From contig CM102288.1 of NCBI GenBank assembly GCA_046563655.1, positions 5,952,001-6,016,000 of the forward strand: DNA of 64,000 nucleotides. Direction: 5' to 3'. The position numbers and the translations under genes were made by a program. Below, piece by piece: positions 12,808 to 25,337 of the stretch. Below the pieces are notes generated by a model. It searched no databases. It saw only the letters and a program-made list of their open reading frames with translations, and was not told the DNA's origin. This DNA is from Yuukianura sp. NJ FZ-2021 (lineage: Eukaryota). Every line of letters starts with the position of its first letter. Positions within the stretch are counted from its first letter, which is position 1.

Positions 12808-13248
12808 CCCTCGAACATAGTTTATGACTAGACTCCATGTCATTACATTAGTTCCAGCAAGGAACTTAGAAATGGTACTAACTTAGAGCGCTTTAAGTTT
12901 TGAATTTTAATTAACTTTTAATTAATTAATTACTTAATTAAGTTTTAATGTAAAGTTGAGGTGGATTGTTCCTGCCCAGCTAGCCAAAACCTGCATCACA
13001 ACTAAAGTTAAGTTTAACTTTGAGTGTGAAGTTTTAAATTTTAGAAAATGAATCATCATGTTTTAAAATTTTAAGCCGTAGTCCACTTTTTAACAATTTT
13101 AAACCACTTGGACTTAGCGCAGTAAAGTACGTTTTGTTGCTCAAATCTTTTTGAGTTTTGTCAACTTTTAAGCTACAGGGAAAATCTGCGATTGTGCAAA
13201 TCTGTTTTAGATTTAAAAATTTTTTTTTAATTTAAAGTTTTTAAATAT

Positions 13249-14932
13249 TCATCTCCCGCCAAACTGCTCGTCGTCGTCATCATCTAAAGCTTTGTCGCCT
13301 TTGCGTTTGCGTGAGTAAGCCAAGAAGAGAGCAGCAGTAGTGAGGTAGAATAGAAAAACAATCCAACCCACGTAGAAGCAGAAACCTAGTAGGAGTGGGT
13401 TTAAAACAAACAGTTTTAGAATTTAGAACAAGGCGGGGATTGTTTTAAAAAGTTAAGAACTTGTTTTAAAAAGTTGTTCAAACATACCATAGGAGAATGA
13501 AGAGTTCTTGGGATGATGGTAGGGAACACTCACTTTCTCGTAGCTTACACAAGTAATGACGACTTCAATCACCACCAACACAGTTATGGCTATCAAATGA
13601 AAAAAAAAGTGTTTTTTTTTAAAGAGTTTTCAAAAAAAGTTTTTAGAACAAAGTGCCAATTTTTCTTTTCAGACATGCTAGTGTCAATTTGGTTTCATAA
13701 TTGATGTGTTTTTTGAAAAGAACATGACATGTTAGAAAATGTACTTGGAAGTTGTAACATGTATGAAATCATTGTGGCTTGCAGTTGGTATGCACCGACT
13801 GTAAATGTGCTTGGAAGTTGTGAAATGTGCTTGGAAGTATGAAATGTGCTTGGAAGTATAAAATGTGCTTGGAAGTATTTACCGAGGAGGAAGTAGAGGC
13901 AGGCGGTGAGTCTCTTGTACGTGTAGCGTTTGTTTCGAAAAGTGTAGAAAGAGGCACAGGCGGCCATTGGAAGAAGAAGAATCGAAATTATGGCGAAACT
14001 AACTTGAGTTCGCTGGTAATCTGAAAACAAAAATTTGTACGAAAAAAGTAAACTTTTTGAAAAACATAAAGTTTACATGATTTTTGAAATGATGTAAGTT
14101 ATGTAAATTTCTTACCAATTACATGTTGGTCCATTCCTGTACTAGGGTCTATTTCAGTTGGAAATAAAGAGTGGTACTGGCAGGTAGCTGCGATTAAGAA
14201 CAAAAACCGTCATATATACGGTACCTAAACTCATTTTTTTGAAAATGCAACATCAAATTTTTTTTTCTTAAATTTTGGAAAATTTTCTGAAATTTCTGGA
14301 AAAATTTCTTGTCTTACTATTTTCACCAACTTCTGTTTCTTCTGAGCGGCAAACTTTCCAGAGGCCGCTTCTCCCCCATAAAAATCTGCCGGGTATCCTG
14401 GTACCGTTGCCATCAACTTTTCCAGTTACGGTATACCTCAAGTACAAATTTTGGAAATTTGAAATTTTGAAAAACAAAATTTTCAATGGTGAAATGTTTA
14501 CCAGTGATCAATGGAAAGAGCAATTAGCCAAAACAGGCCACATAATATGCAGATTGCCGAAAAAACGAACATTGTTAGGCGCTCTTTTCGAATTTCCTCC
14601 TCTAGCATCGCTCTTTTTTCTTCGCGCTCTCGTGCAACTTTTTCTGCTTGCCGCTGGAGGGCGAGTCTGTCTCTCTCCCGGTTTTCACGCTCCGTGAGCG
14701 CGGAACTGTCCGTAGACGACCCCCGTTTCAGTGGTTTACGCTGACTTTGACTTTGGGACTGAGCAGAAGGCTGACGCGCCACAGGCGCGTGTCTATTTAC
14801 ACTCCCAGTCGCTGGGAACTCGCTCATGTTCGATTGTCTCCGTGGTCCAGTGCTACTCACGCGTCGAGGAGAATTTACATTCTGGAGCGGCTGCTGTGGA
14901 TGGGAACGAATAATGCTCGATCGGGATTCCAT
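13249..14932 (-). CDS. Claudin/PMP22/EMP/MP20-family four-TM protein
   Basis: Exons about 14932-14502, 14436-14327, 14187-14116, 14020-13883, 13589-13488, 13385-13249. Signature W...GLWKVC...C in the first loop, four hydrophobic segments, SYG|FCFYVGW before TM4. Confidence 0.85.
13735..13880. repeat. ~20-bp tandem repeat (AAATGTGCTTGGAAGT..) in claudin-like gene intron
   Basis: About 5 imperfect copies visible. Confidence 0.85.
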
Positions 14933-16418
14933 AATTTTGTCTTCAAAAACCAAAAAAGTTAACAGTTTTTAATTTTTAAGACTTTTCGGCAACACTTTTT
15001 AGCTCTTGAAAGCTATTCCGCTTCAAAACGTTCGAACTTAATACAACTTTTCGTATGCGGCTTTAAACTTTTGTAAACTTTTCGACTTCAAAACTTTTCT
15101 GCTGTTCGGCTGGAAAACGTTTTAGTTTTTCAATAGTTTTCAATACTTTTCAAATTTTCACCTCCACTCTTTTCCGCTTTCAACTTTTTGGAAAATTTTC
15201 AGTTTCCAAATATTTCAACTTTTCACTTTTCCAAAACTTTACGAATCTTCTTTACCCTTTCAAAGCTTTCGACTTGAGAACTATTCACCTCTTCGAAATT
15301 TGTCTTCAAAAGTTTTCTTCTCGCAAAAGTTGAAATCAACATTGAAACTTATGAACACGTTTCAAAATTTTGAAAACTTTACATTTTGAAGTAGCACTTT
15401 GTAAAACAAAAGATGTAGGCCAGGTGAGATACGGAAGCATGAGTGTGAGAAGTGGAAAGTGATATCGGATGAATTCCAAACATTCACTTTAGCGTAGAAG
15501 AAGAGAAGCAGTGGAGAGTGGAAGTTTGTAAGTTTAGAAATTTCCAAATTCTAAAATTAGAAGTTGGAAAAGTGAAATGTCCCGTCTGCCAATTTTAGAA
15601 AAGTTCAAAAATGCCTATTTCTCTCTCAGTCACTGGAAAAAGAAATAAAGAAGCATAGGAATTATGCGATTAGATCTGAAAAAATGTTCACTTAAGAAGT
15701 GATGAGATTTAACCGCGAGATGAACCTACATCTCTGTCTAAGACAGAAAAAAATGTCTCAATTCTAAATTCAACTTACTTTTTTTAAAAAAAAAAAAAGA
15801 ATTCTACAAGAAAACTTTTTTTAACCAAAAACTTTTTTGATCTAAAAAAAAAGTTCACAAGTAATAAATCCAACACGTCCAAATTGTTTATTTTCATAAA
15901 ATCAAAAACAAATCATAATAAACAAACTATTGCAACCTTCAAACTTTTCAAAAAAGTCAATTCGAACAAATCGGTCCAACTTGTATGTTCAAAAACTTGA
16001 GCAATAAATCATTTTTTTTTAAATTCTCCATTTGATAAAATCCTACCACTTTTAATTCTTACACCATTGAGAAAAAAATAAAAAATTCAAATCAAAATCA
16101 AATCACAAGATTCCTAAAATAACAAACAAAAAAAAATCTTCCTCTTTTTTGAACAATTTTGGCAGTTACAGTCTGAGTTAAAAAAAATTCTTCTGTTCAA
16201 GATTCAGAATGTGTTTTTGTTTAAAAAGTTATGTTTTCGGAATCAAACCGGACTAAAATGGTAGCGTTTTGTAAAGTTTGAATTGTCCTTTTTTTAAATT
16301 GGTTTTTTTTTTCTGAAAATTTGTTTTATGAACAAAATCCTACTAAAGTGGCAGCATTTTGAGTTTAGTCATTTTGAATTTCGCGGTTTTACAAAAATCA
16401 AAATTTTGGCACAATTTC

Positions 16419-17853
16419 TTATGCTGGTGGGCATTCGCATTCACATGCCAGCGGAATTCCTCTGCAACTTCTGTCACAGTCGTGGGGGCATTTTGGACAA
16501 TCTAAATAGCTCCTGCACTTGTCCTTTGGTTCCTCCGTAGCTTTCGGTACCTCAGTTTTCGGTACCTCAGTTGTTTTTGGCACTTCAGAAGGTTTAGGTA
16601 CCTCAGTTGTAGGTACTTCAGCTGGTTTAGGTTGTTCCGTTGGTTTCGGTACCTCGGGTGCTACACATTCGCACTTACCATCAGTACATTGTAAAGTATG
16701 TGACTTGGATACGCATGGTTTACAATCTTCTTGTGTAGAGCAAGCATCTCCTTCTCCAGCAAGGTGTTTTCGGCAGTTGCAAATTTGAGGATGGCCGCTG
16801 CAGTGAACGTCTTCTCCAGCACTGCAAGCTGCAGCGTTACATTCTCCCCTCACATAGCATGGTTCCCCGATTGGCGTTAATTGAAATCCACATTCACAAG
16901 TTCTGTTGGTAGCCTCTCCTTCGCAAGCAACTTTGAATTTGCCGTTACAGGCTTTATGGTCACAGTCTCTCGTGTGTCTACAAGTACCGCCAACTTCTAC
17001 AGCTGGCTTGCATGTACAGTGCTTCGGAAATCCAGGACCACTGCAGTGCATTACTTCTTCTTTCTTACAGGCACTTGCATCACACTGCTCGTACTGGCTA
17101 CATTCCTCGCCTAAAAACATATGTTAATTAGTGAATTTCAATTATACGATACCCCTATAATACTATATACCTCTATACTCCACCTCTATACCATATACTC
17201 TACAGCTCTATATTATACACTTTATATATCTATACTATATATCTATCTATATATACCTATACTATAGACTATATCTTTGCTATATACATGGTATAGACCA
17301 TGTAATCCATACCACTATACTATATAACTTGGTACTGGTATAACTTGGTAGGAATGAAGATTACCTTCTGAAAGCGTTGTTGGGCATTTGCAACTGCATT
17401 CCATTGGATCTCCTGAGCATTCCGCCGTGCAGTCTTCATGTTCGCATGGAGGACACTAAAATTAAATATTTCAAAACATAACAATACAACGTGAAAAAAT
17501 TAAGGTAAACGTTACTTTTTAATTATTAAGTTAGTTAATTAGTTAACTTACTTTAATTTTGTTAATTTTTACCTGATTGTTTGAAATACAGCGGTGTACT
17601 GGGAGTTCTTCACAAGAGCAATGACATTCTTCAACTCCTCGTACATTTTTGCAATGCGTTTTACAATGTTTGGTGCACAGTTTAGAACTGGTGCAATGTA
17701 GAGTCAAAGTCACTGGACAGTTCCAGTGACACACGCTTGAACTGTGATTTTTCTCTGCATGACACACTCTCCTGCACTGTGTTCCCAGCACCGCCGCGGT
17801 CTTCGGTTCACCGTGGCTCCCAATGTCATAGGAATCACATCCACAACAAAGTC
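16419..17853 (-). CDS. Cys-rich repeat exons with a PTEVPK mucin-like linker; probably the C-terminal part of the coiled-coil gene upstream
   Basis: Exons 17853-17573, 17455-17365 and 17110-16419 are in phase. Repeated C-x5-C-x2-4-C...C-x-G-x-P-xx-C-x-C modules; EVPK repeats. Confidence 0.8.
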
Positions 17854-17879
17854 CTAATAACAAAAAAAAAAAAAAAAAC

Positions 17880-17947
17880 TCATCAAATCGAAGTAACATG
17901 AGGTATTACCAAACCTGCTAAAGAAAATCAAAGTAAAAAGAACCTTG
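17880..17947. mobile_element. CAAGG-family MITE end fragment
   Basis: AACATGAGGTATTACCAAACCTGCTAAAGAAAATCAAAGT..AACCTTG matches 12756-12807. Confidence 0.8.
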
Positions 17948-18125
17948 GCATTTCCCTTCTCTAAAATAAGGCGAATTTGAAAAATAGAATTAAATTTTAA
18001 TTATTTTCTACATTTCATATTGGGGCCGAAAAACAACAGAAAACGCTCGCGTTATACTTCGTTGAATAGGGTAATCAAACTGGATTTTTTAAATGGAAAA
18101 TCAAAATTTCTAAAACAAAATTTTA

Positions 18126-21100
18126 CTAACGAGCGTGAGATTCTTTGACTTGTTCCATAAGATGTTCAAAAAAGTGGACGATTCCTGGCGACATTTCTGG
18201 CTTAGCCGGAGTTTTGTGTCGTGTGGCGTTTCGGATGCGTTCAGCTACCACTTCTTTTACGTAATTTTCCAGTTTCCTCATCTTTTCCACATCCAAGTTA
18301 TGTCGTAGTCTTTCCTCTGTCAAAACTAAACCAATCAGCTCTTCTTCCCTGGCAGCCTCCAATCCATGTGGAGCTAGCTTGGTTGCCACGGCTTTCACTA
18401 CGTCAGCTTCCGCGTTTCCAAGTTCCTGCTTAGCAACCGCCTGTTGCCATGCAATTCGGGCAATTGCAGCCACATCATGCCGGATCTCCTCTTGCTCTCT
18501 CGCCGATTTAACCTCCTCACCTACTCATTACAGCAAGGTTGCTATAGTGTCCATTTATACAAACGCCATAACAGGTTATGCCATAACTCACTGTTTTCAA
18601 AAAATTAAAAAAAAAAAAACTTTTGTATGAATGTTGTACGAGTCCCATTTTCTATATAAGGCGCGAGGTCAACAAATCGCAGAAAAATTTTGAAACAACC
18701 AATTTCTAAGGAATAGGAGTTATGGCATAACCTGTTAAGAAAAATGAACAAAATTTGGATTTAAACAACCTTGTGTGGTACCCACCTTCAACGTGCTTCA
18801 AGTCCTCAATCAGCTCTAGTTTCGCTTTGCCCAAAGCTTCTGCATTGGCTTCAATCACTTCAGCGATCTTTTCCTCCTCTCTCAAGCCGTTTCCGACTGC
18901 TACTAGATCACTGTGCGCCTTTTCTGCTTCAACTACGACCGTCTTAGCAAGTTCTTCCAGCTCTTTTTCTTCACCTTCTTCACTCAAGCCTTTCTGCTCA
19001 ACTTTTTTAGCCAATTCCACGCCTGCGTCAACTGCTGCTCTCACTTCAGCCTCCTCTTCTGCTTCTCTCTTTGCAGATTTCTGCAATTCTTTCCGCAATT
19101 CTGCACCTCCCGCCTCCTCCGGTTTCTCTTTATCCTCCGTTTTCTCGTTCTCATCCTTCTCAATTGCTCTTTTCGCCTCCACTGCTGCAATTTCTGCAAT
19201 CAAGTCAGCTGCACTCTGCAACTTCGCCTTGTTCAACACGTTTTCCTCAGCTTGAGTCACAACTGACTTCACAACTTGCTCTTCAGCCTCTTTTTCCTGA
19301 GCCAATTTTGATTTGTGATTGGTTCCGAACTCAGCCTCCATGATAGCTCGAATTGCGTTTTGGATTTCTGCTCGCTCAGCAGCATTTTCTCTAGCTTCGG
19401 CGTCAAGCTTCTCCTGAGCTGCTTCAACGCGATCTGAAACAAAAAAAAATTTCGGTACTATTGACAATAAGGTACCCACCAAGGTTCGTAAACAAGAAAA
19501 TAGACTTTTCTTAGGTTAGGCAATAAGTCAGGTTTTTCTTTGATTCAGTTTGGCAAAAGTATGGGAACTTTACCTGAAATGGCATTGACAACAGCAGCTT
19601 TTTCTGCAGCCAACTCAGCTCTCCTTCTCTCTTCCTCTTTTTTCTTGAGTACGCGCTTTCGCTCCTCAGTCGCGAAATCTCCAATCAACTCAATTTCATC
19701 GTTAACATGTTTCTCTCTGGCGCGAGTTTTTGCAGCATCAGTTTCAACTACTTCTGCCGTTTTCAGAATTTCATCTCTCGCTCCTATTAGTTCCTGTTTC
19801 GCTTCGGCTTCTTCCAAAGCAATTTTGGCAATTGCTGCAACATCATGCTTGATTTCTTCTTGTTCTGCTGCTGTTTTCGCGCCTTTATGTTGCAAATGTT
19901 TCAAATCATGCTGTAACGCTTCTTTGGCGCGTCCTAAAATCTCCGCCTTTATTTCAACTTCTTTTGCTACTTCAGCTCCAATGGCTTCTGCCTTCCCAAT
20001 TGCTGCTCTATCGGCTTGAGTTTTTTCAGCTTCGGCTAAAACGGCTCGAGCCGCTAGCCCCAATTCGGCTTCTTCTTCGGCTTCAGATTTTCCTTTTGCA
20101 GCAATGGCTTGAGCTGCTGCAGCTCCTGCATCAGCAGCAATCTTCAATTCGGCTTCTTCTTCTGCAGCTTTGTTCGCTTCTTTCTGCAATTTGTGACCTT
20201 CGTGCCGTAATTCGCCTCGGATTTCGGCTGCGATTTCTGCAACTCTCAGTTCTTGATCAGCAATTTTTCCAATCTCGCCTTTTTCAATACCATTCTTTTC
20301 AGCTTGCAATACAACTGACTTGGCTACACTCAATTCTGTATCCCGTTCGCGCTCAAGGCGCGCTTTTTGTTTTGCAGCTTCGAAGGCCTCTACAGCCTCA
20401 CGAATTGCTGCTTCCATCTCCTCTTTTTTCAGCTCAGTTTCCTGAGCTTCATCGGCAACAACTTTTTGAGCAGCAGCGAGTTTTGCTGCAACGATTTTGG
20501 CAATTGCTGCTTCCTTTGCAGCAATTCGTTCTGCTTCTTCTTTTTCACGTTTTTTCTCCAAAATGTTGAGTTCACGCTTTCGTTCCTCAGTTTCTACTCC
20601 ATGGATGAAATCAACTTCGTTATTCACTTGCGCCTCCCGCGCGTTGTTTTTTGCTGTTTCTTCAGCCACTTCTGCAACGAGTTTCTCAACTTGCCCCTTG
20701 GCTGCTTCAGCTTCTTTTTTTGCCTCTTCTTCCTCAGCGGCAATTTTTGAAATTTGGGCCAAATCTTGTTCAATTTCGCGCTTTTCTGCGTTTGTTTGAA
20801 CAGCCTGACTTGAAACTTTTTTCAAATCTTGTTCAAGTTCTTGTTTAGCTGTTTCCAATTCTTCTGCTTTCTGTTCCACAACGCGAGCGATTTTTCCTCC
20901 AGCCTTCATTGTGTCTTTGATTCGCGCCTTTTCGGCGCGAAGTTTCTCGGTTTGAGCTAAAACCGTTTTGGCAATTTCCTCCAACTCGCGTTCTTCTGCA
21001 TCTTGTTCAGCTTTTTTCTTGGCAATCGCTGCAGCGATTTCCAGTCCTTCACTGGCAGCGGCTTTCACTTCTGCTTCAACTTCTGACGTTTGAGCGGCTT

Positions 21101-21716
21101 GTTTTCGAAGTTTTTTAGCTTCTGCCTTCAGCACTGCAACTGCTTCAGCTCCTTCCATCGATTTTTCAGCAGCGAATTGGCTTCCAAGTTCCAGCGCTCG
21201 CTGAATTTCAGCTTTTTCGGCAGCGTTTTCAGCGGCTTGGTGCGTCAGCGATTTGAAAACGAATTCTTCAGCGTTTTTCTCTCTGTTTGCAGTTGCTTTA
21301 GCTAAAGACTCCGCTGCTGCTCTCTTGGCCGCTTCAATTGTGTTTTGAATTTCGGCTTTTTCCCGGGCATTTTCAGCAGCTTGATCTGCAACTGCTTTAG
21401 CTTCGGCAGCAAGTTCGTTCATCCCGTTTGTGATAACAGAAGTTCCGGTTTTGCCTTCGGACTTTTCCGGTTCGGCCGATCTTGGGGCTGGTTCAACCGG
21501 TTCGGGCTTTTCCGGTTTCACAAGTTCTTTGAGGTGGCGGTAATGCCGTTCTTCGACGGTTTCTGCTTCACTGTCATTGGTCGGTTCAGGATCTCCAGAC
21601 AGTTTGAGTTGAACGCCCGCCGGTTCACAGTTTCCGACACATTCTCGGTTCGATATTGACACAGCGACGCAGCCCAGTAGAAACAAAACAACTCTATAAA
21701 ATAAATTATTTCGCAT
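18126..21716 (-). CDS. Secreted Ala/Glu/Lys-rich coiled-coil protein with about 3 long internal repeats
   Basis: ATG 21716 with signal peptide MRNNLFYRVVLFLLGCVAVSIS. Exons 21716-19574, 19433-18786 and 18520-18131/18126. Recurrent blocks such as ELEEIAKTVLAQTEK / ELGLAARAVLAEAEK / ELEELAKTVVVEAEK and AKQELEQDLK / AKEALQHDLK / AKLELIEDLK. Confidence 0.85.
18534..18773. mobile_element. CAAGG-family MITE filling intron 18521-18785
   Basis: CAAGGTTG..CAACCTTG ends with inverted TAACAGGTTATGCCATAA / TTATGGCATAACCTGTTA. Confidence 0.8.
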
Positions 21717-21835
21717 AATCAAATCAAATTACCAAAAAAAATTCTTTTCTTTTTTAATTTTCTCTAAACTTTATGTTTTGTGTTATGAAATTTTGGCTAA
21801 AAAAAACCCAATCCAAATCTGATCTAGCCAAACTT

Positions 21836-23623
21836 GATCGGTTGCCAAAAACAATGTTTTTGCAACGCGCGTTGAGTTTTCGTATGAATCTAATACGGTA
21901 TCTGTGCTGAATTTGAAGTCATTGTAAGCCGAGCGTGGAAACTGCATGTTTTTAATGCCTATAAAGAACATGCGCAAAAGTTAGCGGGTAATATGCTTTG
22001 CTATGGTGCATCGATATCCTCGCAAGTGGGTTACACATTGAAACAGTATGGATTATGCGCATGGGTAATACATGAAGAAATGGTTATGCAATTTTCATTG
22101 ATGATGCAATGCATAAGTTGTAGTTGAGTGAAGTGAAGTGAGTAAAACCCAAAGTAAACTCACTGCTGTTTAAGTGATGATTTTCTCACTATTGTTTCTC
22201 CGCCAACTACATACTTTCAGTCTCTGGCTTACTTAAAACAAAAGAAACCACGTTCCGTTAAAAATAAAGCGTGGTGAGTCAGTATCAAACATGACTACGA
22301 AAAACTTTTCAGTCGTTTTTTTCTACGAAGAAAACCGATACTCCGTAATTCCATCCACTTGGTTATCGGACACCGAGCAGGGACTGTTAGCAAGTTGGCC
22401 AGGAAATCGAAAAAACTCGAAGGTACTAATTCGCTCAGCCGACAGTGTACCGGACGAGAGTTGGAACAAGTATCCAATACAGTTTCTCAAATCTTATGGT
22501 ACGTTCAATTTCATATGCAAGTATTTAGTCGTAGTATGAACGTTTCGCATGTAACTAATCCTCATTTTTATATCTAGATTCGTACGATAAGGCATGCAAG
22601 AAGGCTGAAACTTTAATACAGGATCTTCAGATTTTGGATTAGGGATAAGTGAAGATTCGAACAATCGAAAAACGACAACGTTTCAAAACGTTGCAGTTGA
22701 ACCTCCAGCTACATTCAGAATCATTCCACCTACTACAACCCCACTATTCGAACCGGAAGAAGTGTTCCAGTCGAGCTCTGATGGTTCGGGGGACATACTA
22801 GGTACAAATCCATAATTTTCGTGATACATTATCGTTAGTTAAAGAAGTTACTCAGTTTAAGCATTAATTTAGATTCGAGTCAAGTGATTCTGCACTACAA
22901 TGACCTACTAACGGATACCTCCAGGTTGGAAGTCTCGGTTGGAAGTCTGACTTTGTGCAAAGCTGTGAGAGGTTAGCCTGTGACATAAATTTTCCTAAAG
23001 TTATATTATTTTGAACAAATCTGGAAATGAAATCGATTAATTTTTGACTTGCAGACGCTGTCCGTCCCCTTTTTGATACAAAAGTGACTACCCACGCCCT
23101 TCTAAATGTCTTCATTGGACAAACACTGCGAAACAAAAATGACAGGAAACTTCGAGACTCCAAGAAGCACCAAGACAAGGAAAATATTTTGTAATTTTTA
23201 AATTGTATTTAACGTTAACGTGTAAAGTATGTGTATTGAAACAGTTAGATATACGTGTAAAGTTTGTGTATTGAAACAATAAGTTATCCTGATTAAATAA
23301 AACGTGTGTAACAAACCATTACTGTTTCTTCATTGAACACATAATGTTTAAGTGCGGTTTAGGTAATGATTTCGCAGCGGAATTTTCATAAATACAATGT
23401 ACACACGGATTCAGCACGGATTCCGCACACAACCGAGGGGAAAACGCAACACCATTTCATTGCTCTTTACACGCGTGTTAAGGCTCATCATTGAAACAGC
23501 ATTGTTTCCTCACAGCTATCACGTTATGTTAAGCTGTGTAAAAGTTGTCCAAATACTCAACTTTTCCTCATGATTTTTTCTGAACTATATCAGCGGGTAA
23601 GCATTGTGTTTTGGCAACCTGGG
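21836..23623 (+). mobile_element. Defective (non-autonomous) CACTA/EnSpm-like element
   Basis: Right TIR TTGTGTTTTGGCAACCTGGG (to 23623) and degraded left TIR GGTTGCCAAAAACAATG (about 21840). It contains a homolog of the DUF4806-gene 5' exons but no transposase. Confidence 0.65.
22291..22802 (+). pseudogene. Truncated homolog of the transposon DUF4806-type ORF
   Basis: MTTKNFSVVFFYEENRYSVIPSTW..SWP..W aligns with MSNLKNFSVVLFTAENRYSVVPSSW..FWP..W at 25338. It has the same intron position (SYG|/SFG|, then DSYDKA). In-frame TAG in exon 2 near 22640. Confidence 0.7.
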
Positions 23624-25337
23624 GAACTACTTTTCATCAAAACCGGGTTTTCAGTTGGCAGTTTGTTTACTTTGAAGTTCAAAAACAATTATTTCAAAAT
23701 TTCTTCTTTTTTTTCAAAATTTTGAAGAAAAAATGCATAATGGTACGTTAAAAAAATTTGCTGGCTTCTAGCAACCGCAATTTTTTTTAGGGTGTGACAA
23801 GTTGGTCAAAATGTAACTCTTAACGATTTTTTTCAAAAGTCACAAACCGCTCTACTATGTACTACAGAGGTTTTTTTTTCAAAAATTTTAGAGTCAACAT
23901 TAAGTTTTACTTTTTTTTTTATGGAATTTTCATAAAAAATAAGTTCATAAAATGATAGAAACTAAATTTTTTTTGCATTGCACTTACGCTGCCATCAAGA
24001 ACTTGGCATTCCGTTGAAACCAATTTTTTCTGCCATAGGGCGGAAGTAGTGACAGTCGTTCGCTTTCTCTGAACATTTTGAGTCACTGGGTCAATGACCT
24101 CAGAATTCAAGAGGTCACGAGAGGTCAAACTTTTAATCAGAGGTCAATCAACTTTGTAACTTTAACTCAAAAGTTAGTTGACAACCATTCAACCAACTCA
24201 AACAGAAAACCAGTAAAACTGAAACAAGAAGTGACCAGTACAGCCTCTCCTTCTAAACTTCTTCTTTGAATTTGGAATTTTAATTTCGAATCATCAAAAA
24301 ACGCACAAAAACTGAAAATTAACAAATCCTGAGGCATAGGAAACAAAATTCATGACAAAAACTGGTTTCCGATTTCAAATTCTGCTTGGCTCATCTTCAT
24401 TTTCAGGCTGTCTGGTCTGTAAAAAACAACAACAACAAAAACTCGTTTTTTGAAAAGATTTTCGTCCATTCACCAAACCTTACGGTTGAAGTTTTGTTAT
24501 TTTCGAAATTCTCGCTAAAAACACAAAAGCAGACGAAAATGACCAAAAATTGTCATTTTTCTACTCTTCCCTGATCTGGTTGTTTTAAAAATTGAAAAAT
24601 TTGCTGACGGGAAATTTCAAAATCCTAAGTCTTGTAAGATTTTTTTTTTTGCGAAACTTTGACATTGTATTTTGTGATTGATGGGCTTCAACTTTTTTGT
24701 TTCATTTTTTTTTATTTGAATTGCGTGCCTTCTTTAACTGCTAAAGTTCGTAGCGAAGTTTTTGGAATCTTGAAAAACCGGCCGGCGTACTTTTCAAACT
24801 GAACCGACGCAAACTAAAGATTGAGCAAAAACTTTAAAACAATGACAACAGCTAGTTTCATCTCTTTGACATTCCAAACCTAAGTCCATGCCATATCTTC
24901 AAATATTACAAGCTCATCGAAAAATTTTGAAGACGAGACTCCCCAAACTACCATCCATACTGATTTAGTGCTGATTTCATTCCTCGCGTCCGTTTTTCTC
25001 GTTGAAAAAGTGGCGGGAATATCGGTACATGTTAGCGCGCAATCAAATATGTACCCACTCGATGCTGGTCTATGCGTTACCAGTTCCAACATGCTATAAT
25101 TGTATATAATCAGTAAGGTTTAAAGATGTATGTGTTTCGGCCTGTTATTGTAAGTATATAAACCGCACTGCTTCTCTCTCCACTAGTTTTGCTGTATGGA
25201 TTACACACCGTTTCGCTGTATATAAATAGTCGAACTGTGTATTGTGTAAACTGCAGCGAACTAGCATTGAAAAACACGACTGCACGTTGTTCTTTCGTTG
25301 CTGGCGGTTTGTTCAGTTGCTGTTTTTTCCAATCATA

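Noticed and set aside
12975..12992. CCCAGCTAGCCAAAA resembling an EnSpm-like TIR
   Set aside because: Solo short match with no partner end identified.
17854..17899. Signal peptide MLLRFDEFFFFFLLLG of ORF 17543-17899
   Set aside because: The ATG lies in a MITE fragment and the poly-Phe is the polypyrimidine tract of a splice acceptor.
18755..21659. Plus-strand ORFs opposite the coiled-coil gene
   Set aside because: Antisense shadows of GCT/GAA/AAA-rich codons.
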